Shown piece after piece: positions 26,396 through 38,205 of a DNA stretch of 64,000 nt. Origin of the DNA: Rhizaria sp. SCN 62-66 (Eukaryota); the NCBI GenBank assembly GCA_001724265.1, contig MEDY01000078.1, positions 62,001 through 126,000 of the forward strand. The letters are read 5' to 3'. Every line of letters starts with the position of its first letter. Position 1 is the first letter of the stretch. The translations under genes and the position numbers were made by a program. The notes below the pieces were generated by a model. The model saw nothing but the letters and a program-made list of their open reading frames with translations, was not told the origin of the DNA and made no database searches.

Positions 26396-29253
26396 TCAGA
26401 CGGCGTCGTCGCTCGCACCAACACTGCTGCTGTTGCTGCTATAGTTGATGTTGTTGGCGCTATTGACCGCCCTCGCAACCAGAATGCCCTGGTCCTCACG
26501 ACTTATGGAATAGCTATTGCTATTGCGCCTGCTATCTTCGTCACCGCCACCGTCACTCTCGCTCTCGCTCTCGCTGTCACTGCTGCTGCTGCTGCTGCTG
26601 CTGCTGCCGCCCGCCGCCGAAACCTCCGCCTTGTTCCTGGCCACGGCGGCGAGCGCGGCCCAGTCGGAGCGGGCGACGACGACGGCGCAGATGGCCGTCA
26701 CCGCCGCGTAGCCGCACGCCGAGCCGGCCCAGAGGCCCAGTAGAGTGAGGCCGGCGGGATGGGCCAGCGCCCAGGCGACGGGCACGCCGACGCCCCAGGC
26801 GCCGACTAGGAATGCCACGGCCACTATCATCGGCCGCCCCTGAGGGTTGAGAGAGCAAGGAATAAAACGGCAAGTGTTGACAGAAGTTAGAAAGTGACAA
26901 TTAACAAGGTATATGTCGACATGAAGAATTAAAGTAGTCATATAATATCAAAACGTATAAAATAAGTATAGATATGCAAAAATGAGCGAAACACATCATT
27001 ATATCAAGAAATAGTATCTCAAGACAATTATGTTCTTGACTTGACTAGACGACGATGGGTGGGGGAATATGAGCCGTACCTGTCCTGAGAGCGTGGCCAT
27101 GGCCCAGAAGAAGAAGGACATCGCAAAGTAGGACGCGCCCGTGAGTGTCATGATGCGCGAGCTCTGCTCCCAGACCTCCGGGTCCGACGAAAACACGCGT
27201 CCGATGTGGTTCCTGCCCAGCACAAACGCCAGCGCAACGGCGGCGCCGAACAGAAAAGCGACACGCAGCGCGTAAAACGACGTAGCCCTGGCCCTCTGCG
27301 AGCGGCCGGCGCCCAGATGGCGGGACACGCGGACCGATGTGGCGGCGACAAGCCCGTACATGAAGGACGAGAGCAGCGCGAAGAGAGCGATGGTGGCGTT
27401 ATGTGTGGCGACCATCACAGACCCCATGCGCGCGGCCATGAGCGAGATCGTCTCGAGCTGCCACTCCTCGAAGCAAGCGCCCAACCCTAGCGGGACTACC
27501 TGCTCGAGCACCATGCGCCGCAAACGGGGCGCCGAGAGCGCGCGCCGCAGACGCCAGCCGCGCCATGTGCCACGGTGAGCGCCAGAGAGGATGATGTACA
27601 GCAGGAACACGAAACACACGCCGCACTGCGTAATGGCCGTGGCGATCGGAGAGCCCTTGAAGCCAAGCGCTGGGATGTAGACGAGGGATTTTTCGGTCCC
27701 GATGCCGTGGACGAGCGCGATGTTAAGACCGAAGTTGACGCCGAGGAAGAGCGCGTTGATGACCATGGCGGGCAGCACGCGCTGCTGCACCTGCATCCAG
27801 CGCTGCAGGATGAAGTAGACGTTGAGCGGAAGCATGCGCGGGAGGGACCAGCGCGCGAACTCCTCGGCGAGACGCGCCTCCTCGGGCGCAATTCCCAGCA
27901 CGCGCAGCAGCGGGAAGGAATACCACCACAAAAGCATAACCGGCACGCTCAGCAGCGTCGCAAGCACGAAAGCCTGCTGCAGGTAGAGCCCGACGAGCCG
28001 AGAGTTGCCGGCGCCGTACGCCTGCCCGGCGAGGACCGCGAACGCCGCCGCCACGCCGCGGTCGCAAAAACAGGAAGTGATGTTCATCCACATGTTGCCC
28101 ACGGCCGCGCCCGCAAGGTAGTCGGTCGAGACGCGGCCCAGGACGGCGATGTCCGTGAAGGCCATGCCCAGGCGGCAGAGGTAGGTGATGGCCGAGGGCA
28201 GCGACAGACTCGCCATCGACATGTGCTCGGCTGCCAGAGAGGAGAAGAAGGAGCGCAAAAAAGTTAGGAATTCAATGAAGTAAAGTCAGTTATGAGAAAA
28301 TATGTTAACATAAAGTAAATTGGGGGCAATTAGTAGTGTTTGATGCTTTTGCGCGAATACGAGTGCGATTTGTAGACATGCACATGTCTGTGTTGTAGCG
28401 TACCTTTGCTGAATTGGGCGTCGACAACGTCACTCTCGTCGTCGCCATCATTGTAATCGCCGCCATTCTCGTTGTCGTTGCTGCTGCTGTTTGCCGCGAT
28501 GCTAGAGTCGAGCGCAGTTGCGTCGCACCCATCAGCACTCTCACCGTTCGCAGTCGCGGTCGCGGGTGCGATCGCAGTCTCGGAGGAGCTGACGTCGGCG
28601 ACGGTGACAGTGATGCTGTGGCTGCAGTTGTTGTTGTTGTTGCTGTTGTTATCGCCGCTGTCAGCAGCACTGGTAGAGCCAAGTGCATCCAGACTGGACC
28701 TGTTGTTGGTGGTGGTATTACCATGAGGAGTGTTGCTGCTCTTGAGAGAGATGCCGTTGATGCTGCTGCCGCTCTCAGAGTAGCTGCCATAGCCGCCCAA
28801 ACTGCTCACACTCGCGTTACTCTTACTGTTGCTGCTGCTGGTGCCGCTCAGCAGAGGGACGCGGGCCGCTTTGTTGGCGTCTTTGTCCTTGGATTTGACA
28901 GTGACCTTGGATGCAGCAGGTGCCGGTGTCGGTGCCGGTACAGCGACAGAAGGCGCAGAAGCTGGCGTGGCAGCGGGCTGAGTTGCGGGAGAGGCGGCTG
29001 CAGATGTGGTGTCCGTCACAGTGATGACCACAGGAGCATGGGGCTCAGCATCAGCGGTCTCAGTTGCCGTCTTGGCCTCAGTATTATCATCCGTCTCAGT
29101 CGCCGTCTCAGTCGTCGTCGCAGTCTCAGTTGCAGTCTTGGCCTAGAACTCACTCACGGAGATAGACTCAGCAACCACCGGCACGGCATCAGTAGCAGTG
29201 GACTCGGACACAGCATCAGAGTCAGCAGCAGACACAACTTGCGGCTGCTGTTG

Positions 29254-29284
<31 letters not shown>

Positions 29285-29346
29285 GTGGCGGCAGCAGCCG
29301 AGCCGCCAGACTTGCCCTTGCCAGAGCGGTCTTTGCGGGGCGGCAT
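26396..29346 (-). CDS. MATE family multidrug/toxin efflux transporter with long disordered N-terminus; 1 in-frame TAG
   Basis: Exons 29346-28404, 28230-27080, 26839-26396 (846 codons). MATE motifs TDIAVLGRV...LAGAAVG, LAGQAYGAGN..LVGLYLQ, LGFKGSPIA, EEWQLE, SVRVSRHLGAG, LSGQ|GRP, GLWAG. TAG at 29143 joins ORFs 29143-29379 and 28330-29031. Stop TGA. Confidence 0.9.
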
Positions 29347-30164
29347 TGCGTGCGCGAGGGAGTACCCGCAACAAAGCAAGTCTTAGAGTCACGACGACAG
29401 TTGTGCCGCAGGAGCAGAGAGGCAGTGGTGAGCGGGTTGAAGTCGCGATGAAGAGGCGAGGAAGAAAAAGGTAGCTATAGACGCACAGAAAGTTAAAAAA
29501 GGATGAAATAAAAATTAATAACAGAATGAGTTGTTGTAATATCATACGTTCCGGTGAAATTTTAAAAAGACTTGGTACAACAAAGCCAGAGACGACTTTC
29601 AAGGGGAGGGCAGTGACTGTTCGAAGGTCGAGGAGTGCGAGAATTGTCGAAGGGCTTGTGAATCACAAAGTTGTTTTTGGGATGTCTTATAATAGAATCA
29701 TATATCAAACTCAGCATAAATTACAATATCACGTATGAAAAACATTTGACGATGATATGAGTGCGGAATCGGTTCTTCCGTGAAGCCTTCGCTCAATCAC
29801 AACGACCCCTTCTTGCCTTTCCGTGACGCAACGCGTCATTTCTCCGAACTTAGACTCCCAAACACAGATTTAACTACTTGTTTGTAGAGTGAAGATAAAA
29901 TATTTGAGGATGTTACAAAATGCACAGTTAAGTTTTCAATAAAAGTGTTTTATTTCTTAAAAGTCCAAGTTCAGCGAAATAAACTTCGCTTAAGTCTCGT
30001 GCGACACTTTTTTCAACTATCTAACTTGTTCATCATTATCATGTTTTCGCGCGATAAATTTTGTCACCATCACAGTGAATTGCTGTTTTCAAACATAAAA
30101 CAACACATAAGCATCCCTTATCATAATAAATATCCATTTAATTCTTGTTCAAGACAGTTTTTAC

Positions 30165-33100
30165 TCACTTCTTGTTTGCCTTCTTCGCCTTCTCGAGCAC
30201 TGCGCACTCCTTCACAAACGCGAACAAAGTCTCGACCAGAGCCCTCTTCCGGCCCGCGTCGTCGCCGCGACCAAACACAGCGCCAGCCCCGTCTGCCGCG
30301 GCCTCCGCGAGCTCCATCATCGCGCCCGCCGCGAAGTTAAGTCGTCCCAGCCTGGTGTCACCGCCGCCGTCACCGCTGCTCACGGTCACGCCGCGGTCGC
30401 AGACAGCGTCGAGCGCGGTCGCAGCTTCAGTGATGAGGCGCTCCGCACTGGGGCCGCTGCTGCGCCTGCGTCCGCGGCCGCTGGCCCCGCCGCCACTGCT
30501 GCCTGTGTTGGCGGCGTTGCGTTTGCCGACTGTGGCTGAGGAGCCAGCGAAGAGGTGTGAGACGTCGACGGAGCGCGGTTTCAGCAGCAGAGAGTGGTCG
30601 GAGACGCCCAGGACCGAGAAAATCGACGAAGATGCGTCACTCTTATCGGCAATCGTCGCAGTGTCAATGCTTGTGTTGCTCTGGCTGCTGCCACCGAGTG
30701 CAAGGGAAGACAAAGCCAGTGCCAACATGTCACCAGCATCCACATCTGCACTGCAACTGCTCGTCTTGTCAGCGCTTGAGTTTGCGCTCGTCGTTGTTGC
30801 AGTTTGCAAGGGTAAGAAGTGCTCGCATTCAACACCGCCACTGACCATTGCCGCCGCACGCGCAGCGTCCACCTCGCGCCTGCTTAAACGGGCACCCTTA
30901 GACGAGGCACCCTTAGACTTCGACTTTGAGGGGCTGAGATTGATGACACCGTCTTCATCCTCACGGCCACTCTCACCATCGTCGTCGTCGTTGTTGCTGT
31001 CAGCGTCACTGCTGCTGCTGCCGCTGCTGCTCTTCTTGTCGAAGCGCAACCCCTTGTGCTGCCTGCGCAGCCGGGCCTCGGCCGCGGCGGCCGCGTCATC
31101 GCCCGCCAGCTGCTGCAGCATCTGCAGCGTCGTCGATGACACCGGCGTCGCGTATGCAAACACTTCCTTAAGCTCCTCCTTGGAGAAGGCGCCGCCAGCA
31201 ACGCCGCCAGCGCCGGCAGCAGCAGCACCACCCGTGGCAGCGGCAGAAGATGCGCCGCCGTCGCCACCGAGTCGCCCGCCGCCGCTGCCGCCGAGCCCGA
31301 CGGCGGCGACACTGAGCGCGTGTTTATACGCCTGCTTGCGGTACGTCACCTCTTCAACGGTGGCCGCCGTAATGAGTCGGTACGCGACCACGTGCCTGCG
31401 CTGGCCCAGCCGGTAGCAGCGGTCCACAGCCTGCGCGTCGGCCGCCGGGTTCCACGACGGGTCGACCACGATCACGCGGTCGGCGGCGGTGAGGTTCAAC
31501 CCGACGCCGGCCGCCGTGGTCGTAAGCAAAAACAGCGGCGTGGTCGCACCGGGCGCCTGGAAGCGCGCGCGGCGGACCTCGCGCTCCGCGGGCGGTACGG
31601 AGCCATCGATGCGCTCGTGTCCGAGGGAGAGCGCGCTGGCCAGCCGCTGCACCAGGTCCAGGGTCTTTGTGGAGCGCGAGAAGACAAGGGTGCGGTGGCC
31701 GCGGGAGGAGAGCACCGTGAACAGGTGCACTAGAACGCGCATTTTGCTCGACTCCAGACTCAGATCCAGCAATGACATCCCAGCTGATGCTTGTTGTTTG
31801 TGCTGTTGCTGCTGCTGGTTTGTTGCGATCGCGAATGAAGGAGGCAGACAAAGACAGGAGGGAACAACGCCCGCCGCCAGGTCTGCGCGCAACAACAGCT
31901 CTAGACTCGCCAGGCCAGGGTCGTCGCACTTGATATTCCTGCGATCGCTCTTAACGAGACTGCTGCTGCTGTTGTTGCTGTTTTGATAAGAGAGCGCAAA
32001 GTCACGGAGCGTGAGCAACACTGCCGCGTAGCGCCGGTCATGCGCCGCCTCTGCCTCCGCTTCCTCAGACAACACCTGGGCGTTTGCAGCGCCGCCGCTG
32101 CTGAGGGCGCGCGCGCGAGCGTTGCGGACTGACTCTAGCGCATCAATGAGCACGCGATCTGTGAACGAACGGCCGTCGTCCTCTTCGTCGTCGGCCTCCG
32201 AGTCGGCGTTGGCTTCAGACTCGGGGCCAGTGCACGTGTCGCGCTTGCAGTCTGTGCCGGCAATACCAATAGAATTGCTCTTCTTGCTAGAGCCGCTCTT
32301 GCTGCTGCTGCTGCTGCTGCTGCTGCGCATCCCAGAGCCAGAGGTAGAGCTGGAGCTAGAGCTGGAGCTCTTGCTCTTGCCGCTCGAGCTGGCACTCTTG
32401 ACCGCGGTATTGGCGCTCTTCTTGCCGCCCTTAGCGCGGTAGAGCAGCTCCTCACCGCCGCCACCCGCACCGGAGACGCCACTTAGACTGAGGCCGAGAT
32501 CCGTGGCCGCCGCGCCCGCAGCGATGCTCTTGTTGTTCAGGTTCGAGAGCGCAAGCGTGGGGAATGCGCTCGAGTAGTCGACGTCGGGGTCAAGCAGACG
32601 CGGGTGGTCGCAGAGCTTCTTGAGCAGCGTCAGCACCGCGAGCGGGCTGCGGGACTCAGCGGCAGACGACTGCGGGTGCGAAGATGGCACGCGCAGAAAC
32701 AAAGAGATATAGAGATAACACAATTTAAGTGAAATTAGATGATGGAATATTAATTATCTAATTGGAATATAGCCGGATAAATAGATATATTTCTCAAGTT
32801 AATCGACGTGATATATACACTTTGAATGCCATTTGTTTCGTTTTCAGACTGCGTACCTTGATGGCCTTAGTTTTGAGCACGGCCTGGTAAAGCTGCCTCT
32901 GCACCGGAGACAGGGGTACCCACACAACGAGCTCCGTCTTCTTGATACCTTCTAAGCTCATCTCAGCGCTGTTGCCGCCAACGCTGCTGTTGCCGTTCGT
33001 GCTCGCAGCAGATTTGCTATCTTTTGCCACAGTCACACTCGCCGTCGCAGCCGAAGGGTTCGCATTAGCGGCGCGAGAAAGAGCTTTGTCGTCGTTGTTG

Positions 33101-36100
33101 TTGCTGCTGTTGTTCAGACGGTCAGTGCTCGTCTTCGCCACCGCAGCCGCCGCATCAGCCGCCGCCGCTCGCAACAGCGCCAGAGCCTCATTCCCATTCA
33201 CACTCACACTCTCACTAGACACACGCAGACTACAGGAACTCGTGCCGAGCTTGTCCCCGAGCTTGTCCCGCGTCCCCGTCGTCGCGACGCCCAGCGCGCT
33301 CTTGGCGATGCGCGCGCCCCACGCGGTCACGTGTGCCGCGTGTGCCCGGTTGCGCGCGGCCGCGGCCTGCGTGCCGGGCTTGTCGCGGCGCAGGAAGAAC
33401 GGGTACAGAGACCGGCGCAGGCTCGCGGCGGCCGCGGCGGCCTGCAGCCTGATCGCTAAAGACGCCGTCTTGAGCTAAGTAACAAAAAGAACAAGCAGCG
33501 ATGTGACAGAAGACTAATGTGAGATCAAACTACGACCAACTCAAGACTAATAAATAACATTCAAGGATACAACGACAATATGCTTTTGAGTAATCATACT
33601 ATATCGAGTTATTTGTTGAAGTATGGAGTTAAACGTACGTGTCCCTCGTGAATAGGCTCGCGGAACTTTTGCTTGAACTAGCTTTGCGGGCCAAACAGCT
33701 TGCCATTGCACGCCAGATCGAATAGCGACCAGACTTCGTCGACGGCGTTCTGCAGCGGCGTGCCGGTCAGCAGCACGCGGCGCCGCGCGCGCACGGCCGC
33801 GGCGGCGCGGTAGGACTCCGTCAGGTGGTTGCGGAAGCGGTGCGCTTCGTCGATGAACAGGTAGTCCCATTCGGGCACCTTTTTCTTGTTGTCTTCTGTG
33901 TGAGTATATAAACGCACGGTAAAAGTCAAAATAAAAGAAGAGTTTAGAAAAACATACAAAATTGCGTGTTAATAGTAGTTACTTGGATTAAAACTTGATG
34001 CTCCTGATTCAATGTGTTATATATATGCAAACATCTACAATGGTTGACGTACCCGAGTTCTTGTCCGGGTGGTTCAGCAAGTGCACGTTAAGCGAGAGAG
34101 CCTTGGGCGTGATGACCACGACGCCGCCCTTGCGCCACACCGCCGCCATGCCGTTCTCGCGGCTCTGCTTTGAGGTCCACTCGCCAAAGTTGCTCACGCG
34201 CGCGCCCGGCGCCCAGTGGCCCAGCTCGGAGACCCACTGTGCCACCGTGGCCAGCGGCACCACCACCAGCGCCTTGGTCCTCACGCCACTGTAGCCAGAC
34301 GCGTCACGCGCACGCGCATCAACAGCAGCAGCAGCAGTGCCGGTACCCGCGGCGGTGTTGGCGCTGACTGCAACCGCGCCGCCTGCGGCGGTGTGCATGA
34401 CGCAGCGGAGGTAGGCGGCGACCTGGACCGTTTTGCCCAGCCCCATGTCGTCGCCCAGCATGCCGCCGCGCTGCGCGCTGAGCGACAGCCCCCAGAGCCA
34501 AAGCAGCGACTCGCGCTGGTAAGGGAACACGCGGGCCCAGGTGCCCTCGCGGGGGATCAGGAGGCTGCCGCGGATGAGGCCCGCCAAGGCCTTCTCGAGC
34601 TCTGCGTCCTCCTTGTCGTCGCTATCCTCGTCCTCTTCCTTATTTTCAGTATTGTTGTCGGCGTTCTTGCTCTTGGTAGACTTGGTGTTGCTGCCAATAA
34701 TAGCCCAGTTAAAGCAGCCACTAGGAGCGTGCAGCGAAAGCAAAGCGCGGTGCTGCTTTTGTTGCTGCCTCTTGAGCTGCTTACGGTCAATCACCGCGTT
34801 GTCACCGTGTTGCGACGAGAGCGCCTCAGGCAGCAGCTGCTGTTGCTGCGCAGTGACACGACGGACAGCGCTCAGCAAACCATTCGCGTTCACGCCGTTG
34901 CCACAGGGAGGGTACATCTCCGCGATCGCAACCCGCGCCTCGTGTTCAACCGCGACTGGCACCAGCGCGCGCACCGCCGCCGCCACGGCCTCCGGCTTGA
35001 CCGCGACGGCGACAACGTCCCCGCTCACGGCGTTGAGCGCCAGCGAGACCAAGGGGCTCGCGCGCGGCCGCCATGCGCCCGCGGAGGCGCAGACCGTGCT
35101 GACGTCCGTGCTCAGCGCGTCGTCCACGTCGTCGCCGGCAGCAGCGTCGTTGCAATCACTACCGCCGTCGTCGTCGTCGAGCATGCGCCGAGGCTTGTCG
35201 TCTGCGCTGTCGCGCGACTCCGCCGCGGCCACAGTCGCCGGCGCCGGCGCCGCGGCCGTCACAGCGCGTACGACTGCGTCGACCCAACCGTCAGGCGTCT
35301 CCTTCCGCAGTAGCTTCTGTGTCTGCGCCTGGTTCAGCCCGCCCGCGGCCGCGAGCCGCCGGCGCCGCGCCACCAGGCCCCGCGCGGCCGCGGCAACGCG
35401 GGCCGCCGTCTCGAGGCTCGCGCCTGCGGCCGCAGCGGGGCCCGCGGCGTCGCCCAGCAGCGCGGCGGCCACCAGCAGCCACGGCGGCAGCAGCGGGGCC
35501 AGGGCGTGGTGCAGGGTAGCGCTGGCCGCTGCTGCCGTCGCATTGTCACCGCCGCTTGCACTTCCGCCGGCGGCGCTTGCGTTCGGGCTGTCTGCGGTGA
35601 GGAGTGGGGGCAGGTCTAAGGGGTTTGCACCGATGTAAGGGCCTTCCTGCGGGTCGAGCATCGCCATCACGCCGCGTGCGGCCGAATCACTGACTAGGAG
35701 GTAACCTTGACCAGCAGCGGCCTCAGCAGCAGCAGAGTTCGAGTGATAGCAAGAGTTGGAGCTGGAGCTGGAGCTGGAACCCCAGACTGAGAGGCTGGCT
35801 GCCTCTGCGGCTGCGTTGACCTCCGCGTCTTCCCCAGCACCCATGCCATTAAACACAGAGGCCAGCCCCTTAGACTTGCCACCCATGGCGATACTACTGC
35901 TGTTGCTGATCGTGTTGTTATTGCTGTTGTTGTTAGCGCAAGCAGCGAGCGCGAGCAGCGCCGCGGTGTGTACGCAGTGCGCCGAGGCGGGGGCCAGCGG
36001 CCGCAGCGCCCACGGCGAGTCGTGCAGCTCGCGCTTGCGGCACTGCTTCTGCAGCCGCGCGACCGCGCTCTCGAGTTCCTTCACGCTCACCGTAGATGCA

Positions 36101-37722
36101 GCTGCTGTGCTGTTCTCTGTTGTAGCAGCGGCTTCAGCGTCGGTGTCGTCGGCGGCGGCGGTGAGCGTGAGCGCAGTGGCGGGCAGCGCGCGGGCCGCTG
36201 TCAGCAGAGCGAGCGCGCGTTGTGCGAGGACTAAGGCGATCACCAGGCCCTGACTGCGCTTAAACGACACATCCGCGTCGTCATCGTCGTCGTCACTGGC
36301 GGAGTCACGCTCTTCAGCAACAGATTGCTTCGTATTCGCGACTGTGACAGCGGGCGCATGGTGAGCGGCAGTGAGCGACGCTGTCTTGTCGGCCTTGGGC
36401 GTGCCGTACTGGGCCCATTTGTCGTGCTCCGCAGACCGGCCCAGCTCCCACCTGGGCGCCACTACCTCAGCCCCACTTGCAGTCGCAGTCGACGCTGCAG
36501 AGGCAGTCGCGATCTTGCTGTCGGCTTTTGTAGCTTTGGCTGTCTTCTTGTTCGCGGTAGGGTAGTTGCGTGCGTAAGCTTCCCAAGCTTGAGAGCGGGC
36601 GACCAATACAGAGACTGAGGCGATGACCCATGGAGGCAACGCAGGCTCGATACTCGCGGTGCTCACAGTCGTTTGACTGCTGATCACAGTCGCAGGGTGG
36701 GTTGCGCTCACAGTCAGCGAGCTTGTGTCCACGATCGTTCCGGGACGAGCGATAAGAGGCGCCGGAGCAGTGCTGCTCACGGTCACTGAGGGAGTCAAAC
36801 CCACAGTCACTTGCTGAGTATTGCTCACGGTCACCGGCGCGGCGATCGCGTTTGGAGTCGCGTTGATGTCGAAGCTCGTGGCGCTGGTTGGGGTGATAGC
36901 GGAGTCAGCGTCGGACTTGCGCTTGTTCTTGCGCTCCCTTTGCTTCTCTTTCTCTTGCTGCAGTAGCAGAGCCTTCTGAGCCTGTTGCAGCTCCCACGCT
37001 TCGCGCGGACCGAGCGCTCTCGTGATTCCTCCACTCGTACTGCTCGTGCCAATGCCAGTGCCAGCGCCAGTGTTGCTGGGTGTGTGTGTGTTAAGTTGCG
37101 CCCTGTTAAAATGACAGTGAGCGCCAACTCCTCCGGTCATGGTGGGCCCACTAACTGGCCGGGCGCCGGACAACAGAGTCACCGTCTTATCCATCGTCGA
37201 GGTAGCGGCACCAAGGGCGGTTGTCGTGGGCGGCCGCGCTGAGGTCGAGGATGACTGCTGCTGTTGCTGCTGCAGCTGTTGCTGTTGCTGCTTCTTGGGG
37301 AGAGCAGGTTTAGGTCCATTGTCACTGCTCCTATTGTCAAAGACAGATCCGGCAATCGCTGACAGTTCAGCAAGCGACAAGGGCTGGCGGGCACGCGCAG
37401 CGCCAAACCCAGAGACAGAGGTAGAGCTGGAGGTTGAGCTCGAGCCAAAGCCAGACTGGGGTCGAGCCTGCGAGGGTACCGTCGTCGTTGCAGTTGCAGG
37501 GCGGGTGCTCTTGGCAAAGAAGTCCGTTGAGGAGCTCGGAATCTTGGCAGTAGGCACGTTCTCGCTTTCAATGAAGGGATTGTACAGAGGCTCGGGTGTG
37601 TGGGGCTTGACAGCAGGTGGAGCTGGGGCAGCCTGGGGCTTGCGCTGGGGAGCGGGACCGCTAGCACTTGCGAGCATGCTTAAAAAGGCGTCGGAGACGG
37701 CCATTTTCGGTGGCGCAGACAT
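30165..37722 (-). CDS. ERCC6L: SNF2-family DNA translocase, ERCC6L/PICH-like (about 2349 aa); 1 in-frame TAG in the ATPase lobe
   Basis: Exons 37722-34053, 33895-33639, 33474-32857, 32669-30165. Motifs GGMLGDDMGLGKT, WDYLFIDEAH, LLTGTPLQN, PFFLRRDK, RSPLAVLTLLKKLCDHPRLL (PICH-like), GLNLTAADRV, WNPAADAQAVDRCYRLGQ. TAG at 33678. Stop TGA. Confidence 0.88.
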
Positions 37723-38205
37723 GCTTACGCGCGTAAATCAAGCTGGCCGCTGACTATGCACGCACGCAGACGTAGTTTAGGGAGAGGGATCGGATTTAGT
37801 TCGAGTGAGCTGAGAGCAAGTTAGAGAAGTGAGGTGCAGATTCAGGAATCAGCTTTTAGAAAATAACCTTTAAATATGTTAGAAAATAAAGATAATTCTG
37901 CCAATGAGCTGCTGTATAATTTTGATTTATCGATTTTGGAGCTCACAATCCTACGCTGTTTGTCCACCGTTTGGGGCGCGGGGCGCAACGGCTATCTTGC
38001 GGCTCGACCACAAGCAGTTCGCGCGAAGTTACATTTAAGTGCGACGAGTCAAGATGAAATGTTTTAAGTATGAAAACAACTCACAATATATAAAATCACA
38101 TTCTTTATTAATACATGGACGTTTACCTTCACACAGCTTCATTGGACTCTGCAATGGTGCGGTGCAATGCTTCAGTGACGCGTAACATCGCTATGACGCA
38201 GCATT

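Noticed and set aside
29143-29157. Possible 15-nt mini-intron GTGAGTGAGTTCTAG removing the MATE TAG
   Set aside because: All other introns are over 110 nt and AT-rich, and most other in-frame TAGs lack a comparable nearby donor, so tiny introns do not explain the pattern.
29824-29838. Palindrome TGACGC-AAC-GCGTCA upstream of the MATE gene
   Set aside because: Single short occurrence; cannot be told from chance.
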